Source: Cycas panzhihuaensis
Lineage: Eukaryota; Plantae; Cycadophyta
NCBI GenBank assembly: GCA_023213395.1
Contig: CM041465.1
Span: 198,841,741 to 198,905,740, forward strand
Direction: 5' to 3'
DNA length: 64,000 nucleotides
Below, piece by piece: positions 39,595 to 55,670 of this stretch (positions within the stretch are counted from its first letter, which is position 1; each line of letters opens with the position of its first letter). Position numbers and translations under genes: made by a program. The notes under the pieces were generated by a model. The model ran no database searches. It worked only from the letters and a program-made list of their open reading frames with translations, and was not told where the DNA came from.

Positions 39595-42317
39595 GTAATA
39601 ACTTTGTAAATACTTCTCAGATTTAGATAAGACCTACACCATTAGACTCAATAGAAAATAAAATATCCATGATTCTAGACTAACCATAAAAATATATACA
39701 TCTTATTTCAATCAATGTATTGTATTGATCAATCTCTACTAAGTCATTTTTAACTATCATTTTCAAGAAAAACTAGCTTATAGGCATCTCATCGGCTTCA
39801 TAGGTCTAAACATTTTGCTTACCACTCACCTATATCATCTCAATAAGTTTGTTATAGTTGTATAAGTATATTAGGTGATTTTTTTACTCAGAATTTAGGG
39901 TCAACAATCTATAGACACTGTATATCCCACCCTCTTTTTCCCCTTTCATACATTCCCACTTCTTTAACACCCATTGTACTTATCTTTCCTCATTCAATCA
40001 AAACCCATTCTTTCATATTTCTCTTATTTATTGTATCCCTTTCTTATTACTATATTCCCCTTTGTTAAGACCCTTTTTATCTTTCATAAATAATCACACC
40101 ACCAAGCTAAGTCAAGTACCTCTCCTCTTTGGAAATGTAACTCCTTACCATGCATGACATACATAAACATGATATATCCAAGATCTCAATGAAGTTTGCA
40201 AAACTAGCCAAAGAGATTACAACTATACATGTCTAACTCTCTAGTTTCATCTCAACATGAAACTCCAACACCATAAATATTTCATAAGGAAAAACTTTAT
40301 AAGGTGGAACTACACCTCTCTAATCTCCATATTAGCAAATATTTGATCATAAAATCAATATATCGATATTTGATTCAAACTAGATTCATACTTTCCAGTT
40401 AATTAGATATCCCAAGTTGATAAGTTGACATTTGCTTTAATCCACTTGAAAGGAGATGCCCATCATTGATATAAATGGCAGAGTTAGCAATATCTAATAA
40501 ATCAAATATGTAATCAATTTTGTAAATGATTCTTTGAGTAATACGAGGAAACATAAGACCATTCTTTTTTTAGCCAACTTAATTAATTAAGGCAAACAAC
40601 TTCAGTAGAGGCATACACTAATAAGTTCTAAGATATTCATAAGTTCCCTAGGCATGGTAGAGTATGTAAAGCTAGAAGAGTAATTTTCATCATTGACCCT
40701 GATTTTGATTCTAAATATGAACTACTATTGAGAAACTCCCCTCTACTTAAATATGAACCCAAAGCCTCCTTATCTGTCATTTCCTCTTTTTGCCTATCCT
40801 AATCCACTATGAGTAAGAAGGATCCTAAGGAAAACTCCTATTATAATTTTGATCAACAATGGTGCATCATTAAATTTTATAGATATTATAGTAGTCATAT
40901 AACTAAACCTTTATATCAACCCAAAAGTGAGTTTTAATTGTTCTTTACCATGCCACTACACCCTTCATTTTGTAAGAGTTGTTTAAAACCTCCAAGTCTA
41001 AATCAATACATATAAACTCAAGTCATATTTTTATGCTTTATCTATTAATGGATCAAATTCCATCGTAGGAGTATAATAGATCCAAATGTGAAGCACTTAT
41101 AGCACCAATAATTCTCTAAATAATTGATTTATAATACTTGAAGCTAAATATGGCCAAACTCCCAAACTTAATAGTCTCTAGTCACCACCAAAGAAACTTA
41201 TTTCCCCTAAGTAGATAAGCAAGCAACTCAATGATGATATCAAATATATAGTTAACTTCAACAACATTTAATCATAGTCAGAAGTCCACCCAGATATCCA
41301 ATCCATTCTAACTAAATACTAATTAGTCTTTACCCTCTTACCTGATAGCTTTTCCCTATATCATGGATTTCATAACACCACAGAACTCAAGAACCCTAAT
41401 AACCCCTTCAACCTATAACTATATTGAAATTTACTTTTAAAAGAATGAGATTGATTGTATTACCAATGAACTCATAGACATAGGAATGATATAGCCTAGT
41501 AAAAACTCTTATGTAGCTCTTATTGTGTTAGTTCGTAAAAAAGATGGTTTCTCTAAACTTTATGTTCATTATAGAGAACTCAACATATTCACCACTATGA
41601 ATAAGTTTCCCACCCCCTGGATTGATGATATATTTGATGAGATCTATGGGACCACATTTTTTTCTAAATTAAACTTATAATTTGGATACTATCAAAACTA
41701 ATATCACCTAAAGACAAATACAAAATAACTTTTTAAACTTATCATGGATACCTCAAGTTTCAAGTCATGCTATTTGAGCTATTCAATACTTCTTCAATCT
41801 TTTAAGCCCTCATGAATACAATTTTTCTACCTTATCTTCATAAATTTATTATTATCTTCTTTGATGATATATTTATTTATAGTGTCAACATGTCCTTACA
41901 TCTCCAACATTTAAAAATTGCTTTTGAAATTCTTGAGTAAAACTAGTTATATGCCAAGATGCTAAAATATAAATTTGGTAAGAATTTAACTATAGTACCT
42001 CGGTCACATCATTTTCATAGAAGGTATATGAGTTGATCTAGATAAAATATCAATCATTACTAAGTAGCCCACACTAATTATGGGATTTCATTAGACTAAA
42101 AAGCTTGTATCATCATTTCGTAAAAAATTATGCATCTATTGTAGGCTCCTTAATAGATTTACTCTATAAGGACTTCTTCTAATGGTCATCAATTGCTAAC
42201 AATGCTTTTAACCATTTGAAAATGTTCATATCAATCACACTAGTCCTTACCACCCTAAATTTTTTTTAGCTTTTTTAATTAGAGTATAATGATTTAGGTG
42301 TTAAGTTAAGGGTTATC

Positions 42318-44782
42318 TATTACATGACCACATGGTATTAATAGAACCAAGATACTAACACTCAAGGTTAAGGTATTGGGAGGTTTATTTCTAGTCATTA
42401 ACTTAGGTACACAAACAATTAAAACCACCAATGAAATGTAAGGCCACTTGGCCCACCAATAAGATTATAGGAGAAAAACTCTCTTTTGTTTATTTGAGGG
42501 CTATAAATTAAAAAATAAAGTTTTTTTATAATCATTTTATCTTGAGAGATTGGTACTTTGATACTCTTTAGTTTTCATTGGTGCTCATTTGTGCTCTTTA
42601 GTGACCTTCAATTTTGTAATTAATTTTCCTTAATAATATAAGTGTTATATTTTCCTACATATTTCTCCATTATCTATTTTATGTGTGAAAAAAAGTGGGA
42701 TAGTCATATCTCAAGTGGTATTAGAGATAGGTTATAGATCCAATTGGAAGTAGTAAGCTTGAAAGAAAGCAAGAAGAAAGAAATTTTTTTCCCTCGGCAT
42801 ATCACTATAATCCCTTCTCTATAGTTTTGTTTATTTTTTTTTAACTAGTATCTGTTCAAATTTATTATAAATTTATCAAGCTACCAATAGGTAATAAAGT
42901 CTCATTCTATCTCTCCCTTTTCCCCTAGTGATTAAGTAGAGACCTTGCATTGGGGGTCTTTAAATATTATTGGGATATATCATTCTAAGCTAAGTATGTA
43001 TGGTCGTAAAGTTGCATAAGACATGAAGTACTATAATAAATGCTTATGTAAGCTTCAAATAGAAACTGACTATGAAAGTAAGCCTCTATATACCCTCAAG
43101 CATATCAAAGGATCCCTTTAGGTTTCCTCCTTCAACGTAGAGTACGAAACCTATTAATTATTTATCCCTATGTAGTACATGAGTTAGCAGTTAGCATCTA
43201 AAAGCTATGCTTCATTAATATCCTTACATGGTTATTGACTTTATAAAGATACGCTTTCCTTTGTAAGTGGTTCCCTAAAATATTGAGCCAAGTAATAATA
43301 TTAATAAGCAAATTTATCGAAGGGCCTATAGAGATAGATAATCCTTTGTCAATGTCTAGTAGGCTTCCTCTGATTATCTTTACCACTTCCTTAATAAAAG
43401 TATTCATCATAGAATCACTCAAACTACTATATTTCTGAAATTAAAAAAATCATCTATTATTGATACTACTATAATTCTTAATATAAGCCCTTAAAGTTAT
43501 TATACATTTAAAGACACATAGGATGAACCTACAATAATGGTACCACCTAAAGATTAATAGCATATAAGTAATAATATAATACCTATCAATAGAGGACCAT
43601 ATCTTTGATTATTCCTATCTAAGCCTTCAACTACAATTTTAAATTTAGTATTAGTTGAATCCATCATGCATTCTTAGTCCACTCCCTAAAAAAATGAAGG
43701 TTAAAATAAGTCCACCAGGTTACTTTAATGAATACTTCTTTATTTCTAACGAAACCTATACCATTAGACTCATGACGAAAGAAAAAAGAAAATCTACATA
43801 AAAAAGAATTGTCTTATAAATTTATACATCTTATTTTAGTCAATGTGTTGGGCTAATAAATTTGTAATAGGTTGGTTTTTAACAATACTTTTTAGAAAAA
43901 ATTACTCGTATGATGCCCATCGGTCCCACAATAAAAACATTTTTACTTTAAACTCATATATACCATTTCAATGAGCTTTTCATGCTCACTCTAATTCAAT
44001 AGATGATTTTCTTACATACTTTTAGAGTTTACAGGCTATAGACACCTTATGATCCCCTAATTTTCTCTTCCTTTAGGTATAATTCTCACTTCTATATGTT
44101 GCTCTATCTATCTAACTATAATTTGGTACATCCCCTTCTATCTTACTCATCTTATTATATCTCCTTCTTCTTACTTATGTCCCACTTTCTATAATCCTCT
44201 TCTTTTTATATAATAATTCCTACATCTCAAGCAAAATGTATTTCTACACTGAAAACTTAATTCTTAGAATTTGAAAAAGAAGTAAATGCCAACATGTCTT
44301 CTCTTGCATCTAAGTTAGATATCATAATAATACTAAACTAAATAGCTCAGATGTCAACACAATCATCTTAATTAAACTCTAAATGTTTAAGTAACATATC
44401 TCCAATACAACATTCAAGAACCCTCCTCTATGCCAGCCATAACTTTACCACAAGATCAATATTCTTAACTTTGATCTAGATATAAATAGAGACAATGCTC
44501 ACATATAGATCAGTAGACTTGAATCTTACTTTCCCTTAACCTAATGATTGAAGAGGAGTAATTAACATTTATATCTATTCATATAAAAAGTTGAGTACAT
44601 CATTAGTTCTATTGGTAGTAATGAGAATACCCACAAAATGAGACATAGACAAATTTCTCCATATGTTTTTTAATCAATATAAAGAAATTTAAAACTATTT
44701 TTTCTTTAATCAACTTATAAGACCAAAATAGGTATCCTAAGTTGAAATATATACAAATGAATTTTAAACCTTATATAATTAC
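42318..44782 (+). mobile_element. Gypsy element F2 (5' LTR, leader, gag start) inserted into F1 RNase H and interrupted by element C
   Basis: LTR ~42318-42713 similar to 31434-31830, PBS-like TGGTATTAGAG 42716, leader and gag colinear with F1 (e.g. CCATTAGACTCA at ~39639 and ~43761). Confidence 0.72.
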
Positions 44783-45113
44783 TGTTGGGGTTAATGTTCA
44801 TCACCCCACTCCTACCATTTATACATGTGAGTGCACATGTGTGAAGGTAAGTAAGGTAAGGTTAAAGTTACTTTAGTTAAGTATTATTTTATTATATTTT
44901 AAATTTTGGAGGTTGAGGAGGTTTCCCTCCTCCCTCAAACTATATCTCTATTGGGGTGACAAAACCTGGTGTCTTTTAACACCACCTTTATTTTAGACAT
45001 TTGTAATACTCTCTCAAAGATGGATTGAATACAAAAGATTATTGTGTTTACGCAACAATGGTTTTAATTACTTCATGTATTACTCCGCTCTGTCTCCATT
45101 TTACAAACCAACA
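44783..45113 (+). repeat. 5' LTR of element C
   Basis: TG...CA with terminal inverted repeat TGTTGG/CCAACA; its first ~60 bp recur at 57048. Confidence 0.9.
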
Positions 45114-47948
45114 TTTGGTATCAAAGCAAAGATCCTGCATACAATGGCTCAGATTTTGGCCTGTTGAAATTTTCTTTGAGAAGTAAGAAGATCCATTAGT
45201 TTCTGAAGCAGATCTACTCACTGCAAGCCAAATACTGGTTCTATTCATCTTCTGTGAAGCTTGTTAGCAGTTTCTTATATTAATTTTTATTAAAAATTTT
45301 GATTATTTCTAATTTATATCTGTAAAATAACACATATTTTCATAGATATGTGTAGGATCATTGCTATAATCAGTAAAACATTCAAGTCTCATCACTCTAC
45401 GAAGATTTTATTAACAAGTTTTACATATTTTGTTAAATATTTGGCTATTTTTAGTGTATTTGGTTTATTTATTCAATATTTTTCTAGATCTATGCAATAA
45501 TTGCTCTATATTCAGCCTAACAAGTTTTTTGGAGAAGTTATGCTGAGTTTTCATTTGATATTTTATAAGATTTTATTGTATATTCACTATTTTTTCAAGG
45601 TTTATCAAGGAACTTGTGCTTTTATAAGTTGGTGCAGTCTCCACTGTGAACGAAACCCTAGTAAATCACTATTCATTTTAAATCTCTCTGAGTCAGCTCC
45701 ATACCAAATTTAATAGTTTCATTTTCTGTCACTCTTACTGCAAGATAAAGCTTTTAGAAGTTTGCCTCCTCGCTCTTGGTACTCAAAACCCTAAGGTAAA
45801 TTAAAAATATTTTTTTTTCTCTTTGTTTCTTACTTTTAGTAAGGTCATACTACCTCCAAGGTCCCTCTAAGCTATTGATCTAGTGTAGTAATTTATTTTT
45901 TCATTTGTGCCTGCCATGGTAACAAAGATCTACAACTGCACACTATTTTTTTTAGTTTTTCATCTTTTTTTATATATATAAATATATATTCTTTAAGATA
46001 TTTTACTGCAGATCTCTCTAGGTGTTTTTTTTTTTCTTCATTCATCATTATATGAGGCTATCCAAGGCTCTGTGTTTAGATTCCATATGACCGATCTAGA
46101 GGCACACAAGCAGCTCTCTTATGTTCTATTGAATTACCTCACGTCTCGCTATACAACTTATCTTGATCAATGTTAAAGGAATGGTCACCTCCCCTAGTAT
46201 ACCCATTTTTACTAGTAGACTACAGTCGTGAAGATTTAGGTCAAGCTTGGTAGCCAACGCGCCATGACTGCTCTGCACTTGGAGTTTTTTGCCATAGTTT
46301 TGGTCCTTGCAGTCTCCGACAAGTTTCATCGTCTCGTGTAAAGTATTCACCACAGCTTAAAGTTGTTCTTTACATAGAGAATTCTTCATAAAGTAAGGAT
46401 GGCTTGCTAAATCAGACAACCATAGAGGAAGTTGGTCAAGTTTGCCAGGTTTGATACTCTATTCACTGCATGTCCATTTTTCTCCTTAACACAATATTTT
46501 TTATAAAAAAATATATATATATTTTTAATATTTAAGCTTTGAATCAATCCACCACTTAGTGTATATGTGAGTTCAATATGTTTCTGATTGAAAATCTGAA
46601 TTATTTTGGTAGTTTTCACCCCTATGCAATCGTTAGTTAATGCCTATTTATTTTTTTATAAATTTTTTTTTTTTTTCCAAAAGGTTTTAAAAAAATCAAT
46701 TAAATTTGAATGATTTTTGAATTCTGTGGGTGCGATTTCAATTTATCCCCCTCTCCTATCAGCTCTTGGTCATATTAAGATCTATATAACTGTATTTTAA
46801 AACAAATTTCAAACTTTATAAGACCTTTTTAATTAATTTGGCTTTAAAAAGGTATTAGTTATATTTCATAAGTTTTGAGGTTCAGAGCCCCCTTCACGTG
46901 GTCATATTGCCCCCTAGGTGACCAGGGACTAGTCTGTCAAAGGGGCCTTCTTAACTTTATGAACATTTTTTTTTTCTTTTTTTTTTTTCCCTTAATACAT
47001 AGGATACCTGGCTATTTCTATAATATCTCTTCACCGGGGTATCAGTTTATGATGAAACCTATCCCGTTGAGTCTAGAATTTTGTGGGCTATAGTTTAGAC
47101 TGACTATTTACCATAATTAGAGATGATTCGACCTAATTTTAATTAGTTTAAATCAATCCTTTTTTTTAAAGCATCTTTTGAACTATTAACATAAAAAGTA
47201 CCTTCCACTATTTTTGTTATAACTTTTCCGTTATGTATCAGATTTTAAATCTGTTAGTTTTATTGGGAAGTCAACTCATTTCTCTTCAAACTAACATATT
47301 TGTTTATAAATTTTAAAGTTTTCATGTAGAATCTCTAAGATATCAAAGTTGAGAAGCATAAAAGCTCATAGTTTGTCATTATTGAACATTTTTATACATT
47401 ATTTCTCAAGTTTATTGACTCAAAGCATATTAATCAACTCTTTAATTTATATTTGATCACTTTACATTGTTTTATAAGTCTTTTACTAATATTAATAACC
47501 TTTTGAGCCCCTGGCTCTCATTAATCTTCAAAAAAGGGGTCATATCATTTGTGCATTAAAATCTTGACTTGCAGGAACCCATTTTTAAAATGGCCAGTTC
47601 CATTGAATAGATATTTTATTGATCTTCAAATTATTATAATCTCATATTAATTTGATATTGTTTAGTATGGCCTTGAAGCTTATTAACTTAAGCATTTGAT
47701 ATATCCCAACATGCTAGTCCTCTTAACCTTTTAAGGAATTCTTTCTTTTATTTTTCTTACTGATTAATTATGATACATGTTTGAGGCTTTCATTTGACTT
47801 TTATATAGTTTCTTTAAGTTGATTTGTAGCAGAAAATTGATCATATACATCTAAAGCAAGTGACAAGCTAAGTGGTCTTGCATCCTAAAATAGGTACAAT
47901 TTATTTTTTTGAAGTTTCTTCTTCATATTTTTCATCTTTCTAAAGAGA

Positions 47949-49184
<1,236 letters not shown>

Positions 49185-49885
49185 CAGATTTCCTGCATTA
49201 TATATCTTCATCATAGACAAAAGGAATACTTATTAATCTTGCATTGAAAAAGAAGGTCATTTTCTTACTCAAGTTAATGTTAATTCAGAACAGACCTGCG
49301 AAGTGTTGAACGGACCTATGAAGAGACGAATGGACCTGGCAGCTAGGGTTTGAAGGGTACAGAGTCAAAGGTGGGGGGGAGGGGGGGTCCCTCTAGATGG
49401 TATCTATGATGGCGTAAGGCCACGGATGGATCCGAGCTTCTTCAAGATAGGGAAGGAAACCAGACGGGCCAGTTCTTTGAGGCAAATAAAGGAAGACGAG
49501 CTGGAAGGAGAGGCGACAAAGAAGGGTGTGCAACCCTGGCTAGGGTGGATTCTGGGTTTAAGAGCAAGGACAATGGTAGGTGGGAGTTCTACGAGCAAAC
49601 AGGAAGAAACTCGACTTTAAATCTCCATAAGGGCTTCGTGATTCCACTACAAGTCAGATCTGAGTGGCCTTAGTCTGTACGCAGCATTCTCTATAAAGGG
49701 CTTGATGCCATATACACTCCAGCCAAAGAAGGAACTTGTCTGTCCATGTTCAGCATTCCAGAAAACTTAAGGAGGTAGAGAGCTAAGATAGAAAGGGGGC
49801 AAGTCTATGCAGAGATCTGCAGGTTCAAACTAATGATGAGTCTATGCAGTTTTTGAAGTTTTTGCAAGTTTTTTCTACTTTCTAA

Positions 49886-51454
49886 ATGATGCAAATATCA
49901 CCAAACCAATCTCAGTCCTTACCCATGGGGAGGACCTACTTAGATGTATTGAGGAATGGAAACCATGAAGAACATGAAATTTACCCTGTCAAGATTAGAA
50001 ATAGATTTAAAATCTCAATTCCCAAAGAGGTAACTAAAAAGACTATACAATATTGGGAAAATAGCCTGTTGGGTAGGTTTTCAGGTCCCTGACCAGGGTT
50101 GGACACCATCATAGAATGGATCAGAAATAAGTGGAAAACTAGAAACCCGGTTCATGTCATGGCAATGCCAAAGGGGTGCATCCTCTTTAGGTTTGCTAAC
50201 CAGGAGGATCTGATCCCCATCCTTCTAAAATCCCCATGGATGTTTGGGAGAAAGGCCATGTCTCTAGAGAAGTGGCATCCAGATTTCAACCCTGGCATTC
50301 CTATGGTAAAGCAAGCCCCAGTTTGGGTGCAGATACGAGGGCTCCCTTTACACTTCTAGAACTCAAAGATAGTAAAAGGGGCGGCCAGGACGATCGGGCC
50401 TTTACTAGCTATGGATTCAACAACAAAACATATATCTAGATTGATGAATGCTAGATTTTATGTCCTGGCTAGGCTCGATAGTGAAACTCCTAGACAAGGT
50501 TGAAGATCCATCATTCAATGTTTATTTTATGAAGTGGAGGGTTTTAGATGCACAAAGTGTAAGAGCATGGGCCATCTCCCCTATTAATGCCCAGGGGTCC
50601 CAATGAGGTTGGACAAGCAGGAAGAAGGTAAAGAGAAAGAAGATGGAGAAGTAGAAATAATTAGGGGGGAGGCACCGACAGTAGGTACCGAAAGGTTAGG
50701 AAAGGATGTGGACAAAAATGAGCTTGGTGAAGGAACCGAGGCATCAAGAGTTGTAGAGTCAATCGATGGTAATGGTAAGACCCATAGTGAGATGGGCCAA
50801 GTAATGGTCTGGGAACCAGGCTCCGCCTCAGCATGCCCTATAGATAAAACAAAAGCTAGAGATATTCTAGTATACAAGGTAATTCAGGAAGATGGTGGCA
50901 AGGAAATAGTGGAATCAGAGGTTGGAAGGGGAGTAACCAAAGGTGTAGAGATTGTCAGAAACATGGGACCAGTATCATGCTTAGATCAGGAATTAGTGGC
51001 AGAGGGTACTAAGGATCAAACAAAGGTTGTTGGTCGGATAGCTCAGGGTGGGGATTTATCCCCTATAGTCGTAAAGTCAACTCTAGCTTAGATTGTGAAG
51101 AACATTAACTGGGATTTAGAGGATTACTTATCAGAGACTGAAGAGGGGGGACATCAGGAGCAGCCCCAAGTGGAGGGGCAGGTAGGTATCGTAACTGAAG
51201 GAGATGTTGGAACCAGGGTCAAAGTTATGGATCCAGATAAGGGAGGAGCTAGGACACATAAATGGGTCTAAAAAGGTAACATGCCAGATCCGAGGAAGGC
51301 TCCAGACTACAGGATGGAAAAGAATGTGGGAAGACCACCTAAAAAGGCAACCAGAGAAAAGGAAACACAGGGTCAGATCGACATGGGATACTAGAGTACG
51401 TTAAAGGAGGGGGGAACGCTAGAGGGCCCTATCCTTAGAAGCAGGAAAGGATGA
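49886..51454 (+). pseudogene. LINE ORF1 (DUF4283/RRM-like plus zinc knuckle), in-frame stops
   Basis: LFRFANQED..PWMFG..LEKWHPDF..PVWVQIRGLPLHF; CTKCKSMGH...C at ~50549; same frame through to TGA 51452-51454. Confidence 0.88.
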
Positions 51455-51476
51455 GGGGAGGAGCTCTAGGATATCC

Positions 51477-54400
51477 ATGAAGGTTTTGTCCTGGAACATT
51501 AAGGGCCTCAATGCCCTATCAAAGCAGAGATTAGTTAAGGAATTGAGGATTAGGACATGCGCGGATCTTGTCCTTTTACAGGAGACAAAAGTGGAACAGG
51601 CTAAGGAAGGAGAGGTGTTTAACAAGATCTAGAGAAGGGGAGATGGGAGGGCAGTCACAGGATCGGCAGGCTCCGAGGGGTTGGCCTCCCTTTGGAACCC
51701 AAGTAGGTGGAAAGGCTATGAGGTGGGCATGAATGAGCACTTCATAACCCTAGGTTTGGTTTGTGTATAGACTAATAAGGAGTATTGGATAACCAATGTT
51801 TACGCCCCCACTTCAGCTGAGGGTGGGAAGAGCTCATGGAAAAGACTAGTGAAGGCCCATAAAGATTGGGACGGCCCCTGGTTGGTGGCAGGGGACTTTA
51901 ATTCTCCCCTAAGCCCAGATGAGAAGATAGGGGGGAAAAGTGGTTGGACCAGAAGCATGTCTGATCTTGGAGAGTTCTTACAAGTGGGAGGCCTGATGGA
52001 CGTTCCCCTCAGGGGAGCCAGGTACACCTAGTCTAATAGGTAGTTAGGACATAATCACATTCAGTGTAGATTAGATAGGATGCTAACAAACTTTGAATGG
52101 TCCTATCACTTCAAAGGAACTAAACTTGAGGCTCTATTGAAGTCTAGTTTGGACCACTCTCCTTTAGTTCTTGAGGGATCCGTCCTAGGTAATCATAAAG
52201 GGGCCCCCTTCGGTTTTGAACTCATGTGGCAAAAGCACCCAGACCTTAGGGGGAGGATTGGTGAGTGGTGGAGAGTCTTGGTTCAAAGCTATGCCATGTT
52301 CAGGTTTTTGAAGAAGTTGAATTGGATTAAACAAAAAATCAAGATCTGGAATAGGGAGGTCTTTAGAAACATCTTTGAAGACAAAGATGCCTTACTGACG
52401 GAGCTAAAAGGGAAAGAGGATAGGATCCAACTAGAAGGAAGGACCCAGGATTTGGATCAAACTGAACATTTCATCACTAGGAAATTAGAAGAGGTGTTGG
52501 CTAGGGAGGAAATCCTATGGAAACAGAAATCCACAGAGCAGTAGATTAGGGAGGGGGACAGAAATACTAAGTTCTTCCATCTATCCACCTTGAAACACAG
52601 GGCTCATAACAGGATCAGTAAACTTCGAAGTAGGGATGGGGTAATGCATGAGTCAAATGATCAGTTTGGTGGAATTGCGATAGAATACTTCAAGGAGTTA
52701 TACACAGAACCTGGATGCCAGGATCCTAACCTAAGGGCTAGCCTTATGCAACACATTCCAAAAGTGATCTCTGAGGCTCTAAACAGTAAACTGACATAAC
52801 CTTTTTCTCAGGAAGAAGTCGAGAATGCCTTATTCAAAATGGGTAGGGATAAGGCCTCGGGGCCAGATGGGTTTCCTCCTAGATTTTTTCAAGAATATTA
52901 GGAGATAATTAAAGATGACTTAATATTGGCGTTAAATGAATTCTTTCTCAGGCGGACAATTCTGAAAGAGTGGCAGGCTACCTTTCTGGTCTTGATCCCG
53001 AAGAAGGAGGGAGCGGAAGTGTTAGAAGATTTTAGACCGATCAGCCTCTATAATGTAAAATATAAGATTTTGGCTAAAGTGTTAGCAAACCATCTCAGGG
53101 AGACCCTTCTAGCAATTATTTCACCAAATCAAGATGGATTTGTTAAGGGAAGACAAATTACGGATGGTATTATTACTATCTATGAAACCCTGCATTCGAC
53201 TCTTCATCGTAAGGAAGTAGGTATGATAATTAAAATAGATATGTCCAAGGCCTACAATTGGGTGGCTTGGGACTGTCTGCTAGACTGCCTAGAGGCATTT
53301 GGTTTTGGGGAGGTATGGAGGGACTGGATGAGATGCTGCATATCTAGGGTCTCATTCTCGGTGATTATAAATAGGTGGTTGATACCTTTCTTTTCCAGAT
53401 CCAGGGGTTTAAGACAAGGCGATCCCCTCTCTCCCTTCCTCTTCATTATTATGGTAGAATTATTAGGGTGGGATACAATGGAGACCCAGCAGATTGGGTG
53501 GATAATAGGCCTGGAGGCATCTTCTAATTTGGACAATATTGTTCATCACTAGTTTATTGACGATAACATCTTTCTGTGCAGGGCCTCCCTGGGGGAGGCC
53601 AGGGCCTTAAAAGTAGGTCTTCAGGCATATGAAAGGGCTACCAACCAAAGAATCAACCTAGATAAGAGCTCAGTCTTCTTTATCAATACAATGAAGAGGC
53701 AACCGAGAAGGCTTAGCAGGATATTAGAGATCTCCAGAAGACCCCTTTCTGCCTCATACCTGGGCATGCCTCTCTTCGTGGGTAAGATGGAGAAGAATCT
53801 GTGGGACCTCGTTGTGAGTAGATTCAATAGGAAACTGGCAGGATGGAAAGGGGCACTTCTTAGTTGGGCTGAGAAAATTCAGTTAGTGGTGGCCTCTCTT
53901 CAGAGCATTCTAGTTTATCAAATGACCGTATTTAAGATATCGGGCAACGTTATCTCTACTGTGGAGGGCATTATGAAGAGATTTCTTTGGTCTGGGGCCG
54001 AAGATAAAAAAAGAGTTCATCTGGTGTCATGGGAGAAGGTTTGTAAGCCTAAATGGGCAAGAGGTCTTAATGTTAGAAGGTTGGGCCTTTTTAATAAAGC
54101 TCTTTTGGCCAAGATGGGGTGGAGACTTATCAAAGAAGCTGGGTCAGTCTAGGGGAGAATCATAGTAAGGAAATACTTAAGGGATAAACATTTTCTGATG
54201 GAGGAGGAGTTTTACCTCGAGGGTTCCCCTATATGGAGGGCCATCCAGTCTACATAGCCCTTCTTATGAGAAGGAATACATTAGAGATTGGGAGATGGAG
54301 AAAGTATAAGATTCTGGGAAGACAAATGGTGAGGACACTCCAAATTAGAGGAGATGCCAAATATTGGCATCATGAAGAGGGATTGCGAGAATAGCTTTGG

Positions 54401-55670
54401 GTCTCGTGTTAATCATTATTGGGTGGGGCAGGGTAAGGATAGATGATGGAGATCATTTAAGGAGCTGCAAGGTCTTGAGAAGGAGATTCATAGAGTGAAG
54501 GTGGTTTTAGAAAACTAGTACATTCCAAAGCGGTCCTTTCCTGACACTCTAGTTTAGCCCCTTTCGTCAAAGGGTTCATATACGGTTAAAGATGGTTATA
54601 ATCTGATGATGAATAGGGAAGGCTGGGCTAGGAATGATTTGCTAGCTGGGGTTTGGAAGATGGGGCTCCTCCCGAAGATCGTCGCCTTTTGGTGGTTATG
54701 CTTATAAAATAAAATCCTTACAACAGATAACCTCTTGAAGCAAGGCTTCTAGCTGGTGAATAGGTGCGTTCTATGCAAGGTGGAAGCTGAGTCCCTAGAC
54801 CACCTCTATATCCATTGCCCCTATGCTACAGGAATCTAGAACGAAATTTGGTCTAGGTTGGGTCTAGCTTAGGTTTCATCTAAATCACTAAAAGATCAGT
54901 GGATAGCTTAGGATTCCCTATTTAAGATCAAAACGCTTACTAGCCTTTGGAAGATGATCCTACCAGTTGGCTCTTGGAATATCTAGAAGGAATACAACAT
55001 GAGAATTTTTTAGGGTAAAGAGACAGACAGTGCAATTGTGCTCGCTGAGATCAGGAAGGGTATCTCAGAAATGCTGGTTCCTCCTAAGGAGGATAGGATT
55101 CCCAAGGAGGAAGAAGGCATCCTTGAGGAATGGGGAATAGATCTTCCGAAGGGCGGTAGAGAGAGGAGAAAAGCAATCAAATGGAGCCCTCCAGACATAA
55201 CCTGGGGAAAAATTAACTTTGATGGAGTTGGCAAAGGTAATCTTGGAGAGGCGGGAGGGGGAGGACTCTGCAGGGATCACATGGGGAATTTGAATTAGGC
55301 TTTCGCAGAGTATTTAGAACTCCAATCAAACTAAAAAGTTAAGATGCGGGCCATGCAAAGGATGATAACTCTGATGGACAAGGAGGGAGTTCAGAAGGTG
55401 ATCGTAGAAGGCGATTCCATGTATGTGATAAAATGCTTAAGGGAGGAAGCGAATCCTAGGTGGGAAAATATAGATATTATCAAAGATGTACAAGATGTTT
55501 TGAGTTCCAAAATTGATATCCAGTTCCAAAGACACGCGTGAGGAAGGGAATTCGGTGCATTGGTCAGTAAATTGGGTCGTGATAAATAAAAGAACTAAGG
55601 TCTGGAAGGAGGACTACCCGGAGGAGCTACTGAGACTAGTTAGGATTGACGCACATTTTGGGGAGGCTGA
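51477..55670 (+). pseudogene. LINE ORF2 (APE endonuclease, RT, zf-RVT, RNase H), in-frame stops
   Basis: MKVLSWNIKGLN, GDFNS, RLDR, LDHSP, FRPISL, GLRQGDPLSPFLF, FIDD, CVLCKVEAESLDHLYIHC, KINFDG..RDHMG, VEGDS. Confidence 0.93.

Larger units (their letters stand above)
31434..42317 (+). mobile_element. Degenerate Ty3/Gypsy element F1, interrupted by Copia A2 and by F2
   Basis: LTR ~31434-31830, PBS-like TGGTAATAGAG 31833, leader split at 32059/38659, gag traces ~40300-40640, RT (VLVRKKDG..YRELN ~41525; IFFDDIFIYS ~41853) ending in RNase H at ~42317. Confidence 0.78.

Noticed and set aside
42318-42713. F2 LTR interpreted as the 3' LTR of F1
   Set aside because: No integrase or PPT precedes it, and it is followed by a PBS and a second leader, so it is the 5' LTR of a nested copy.
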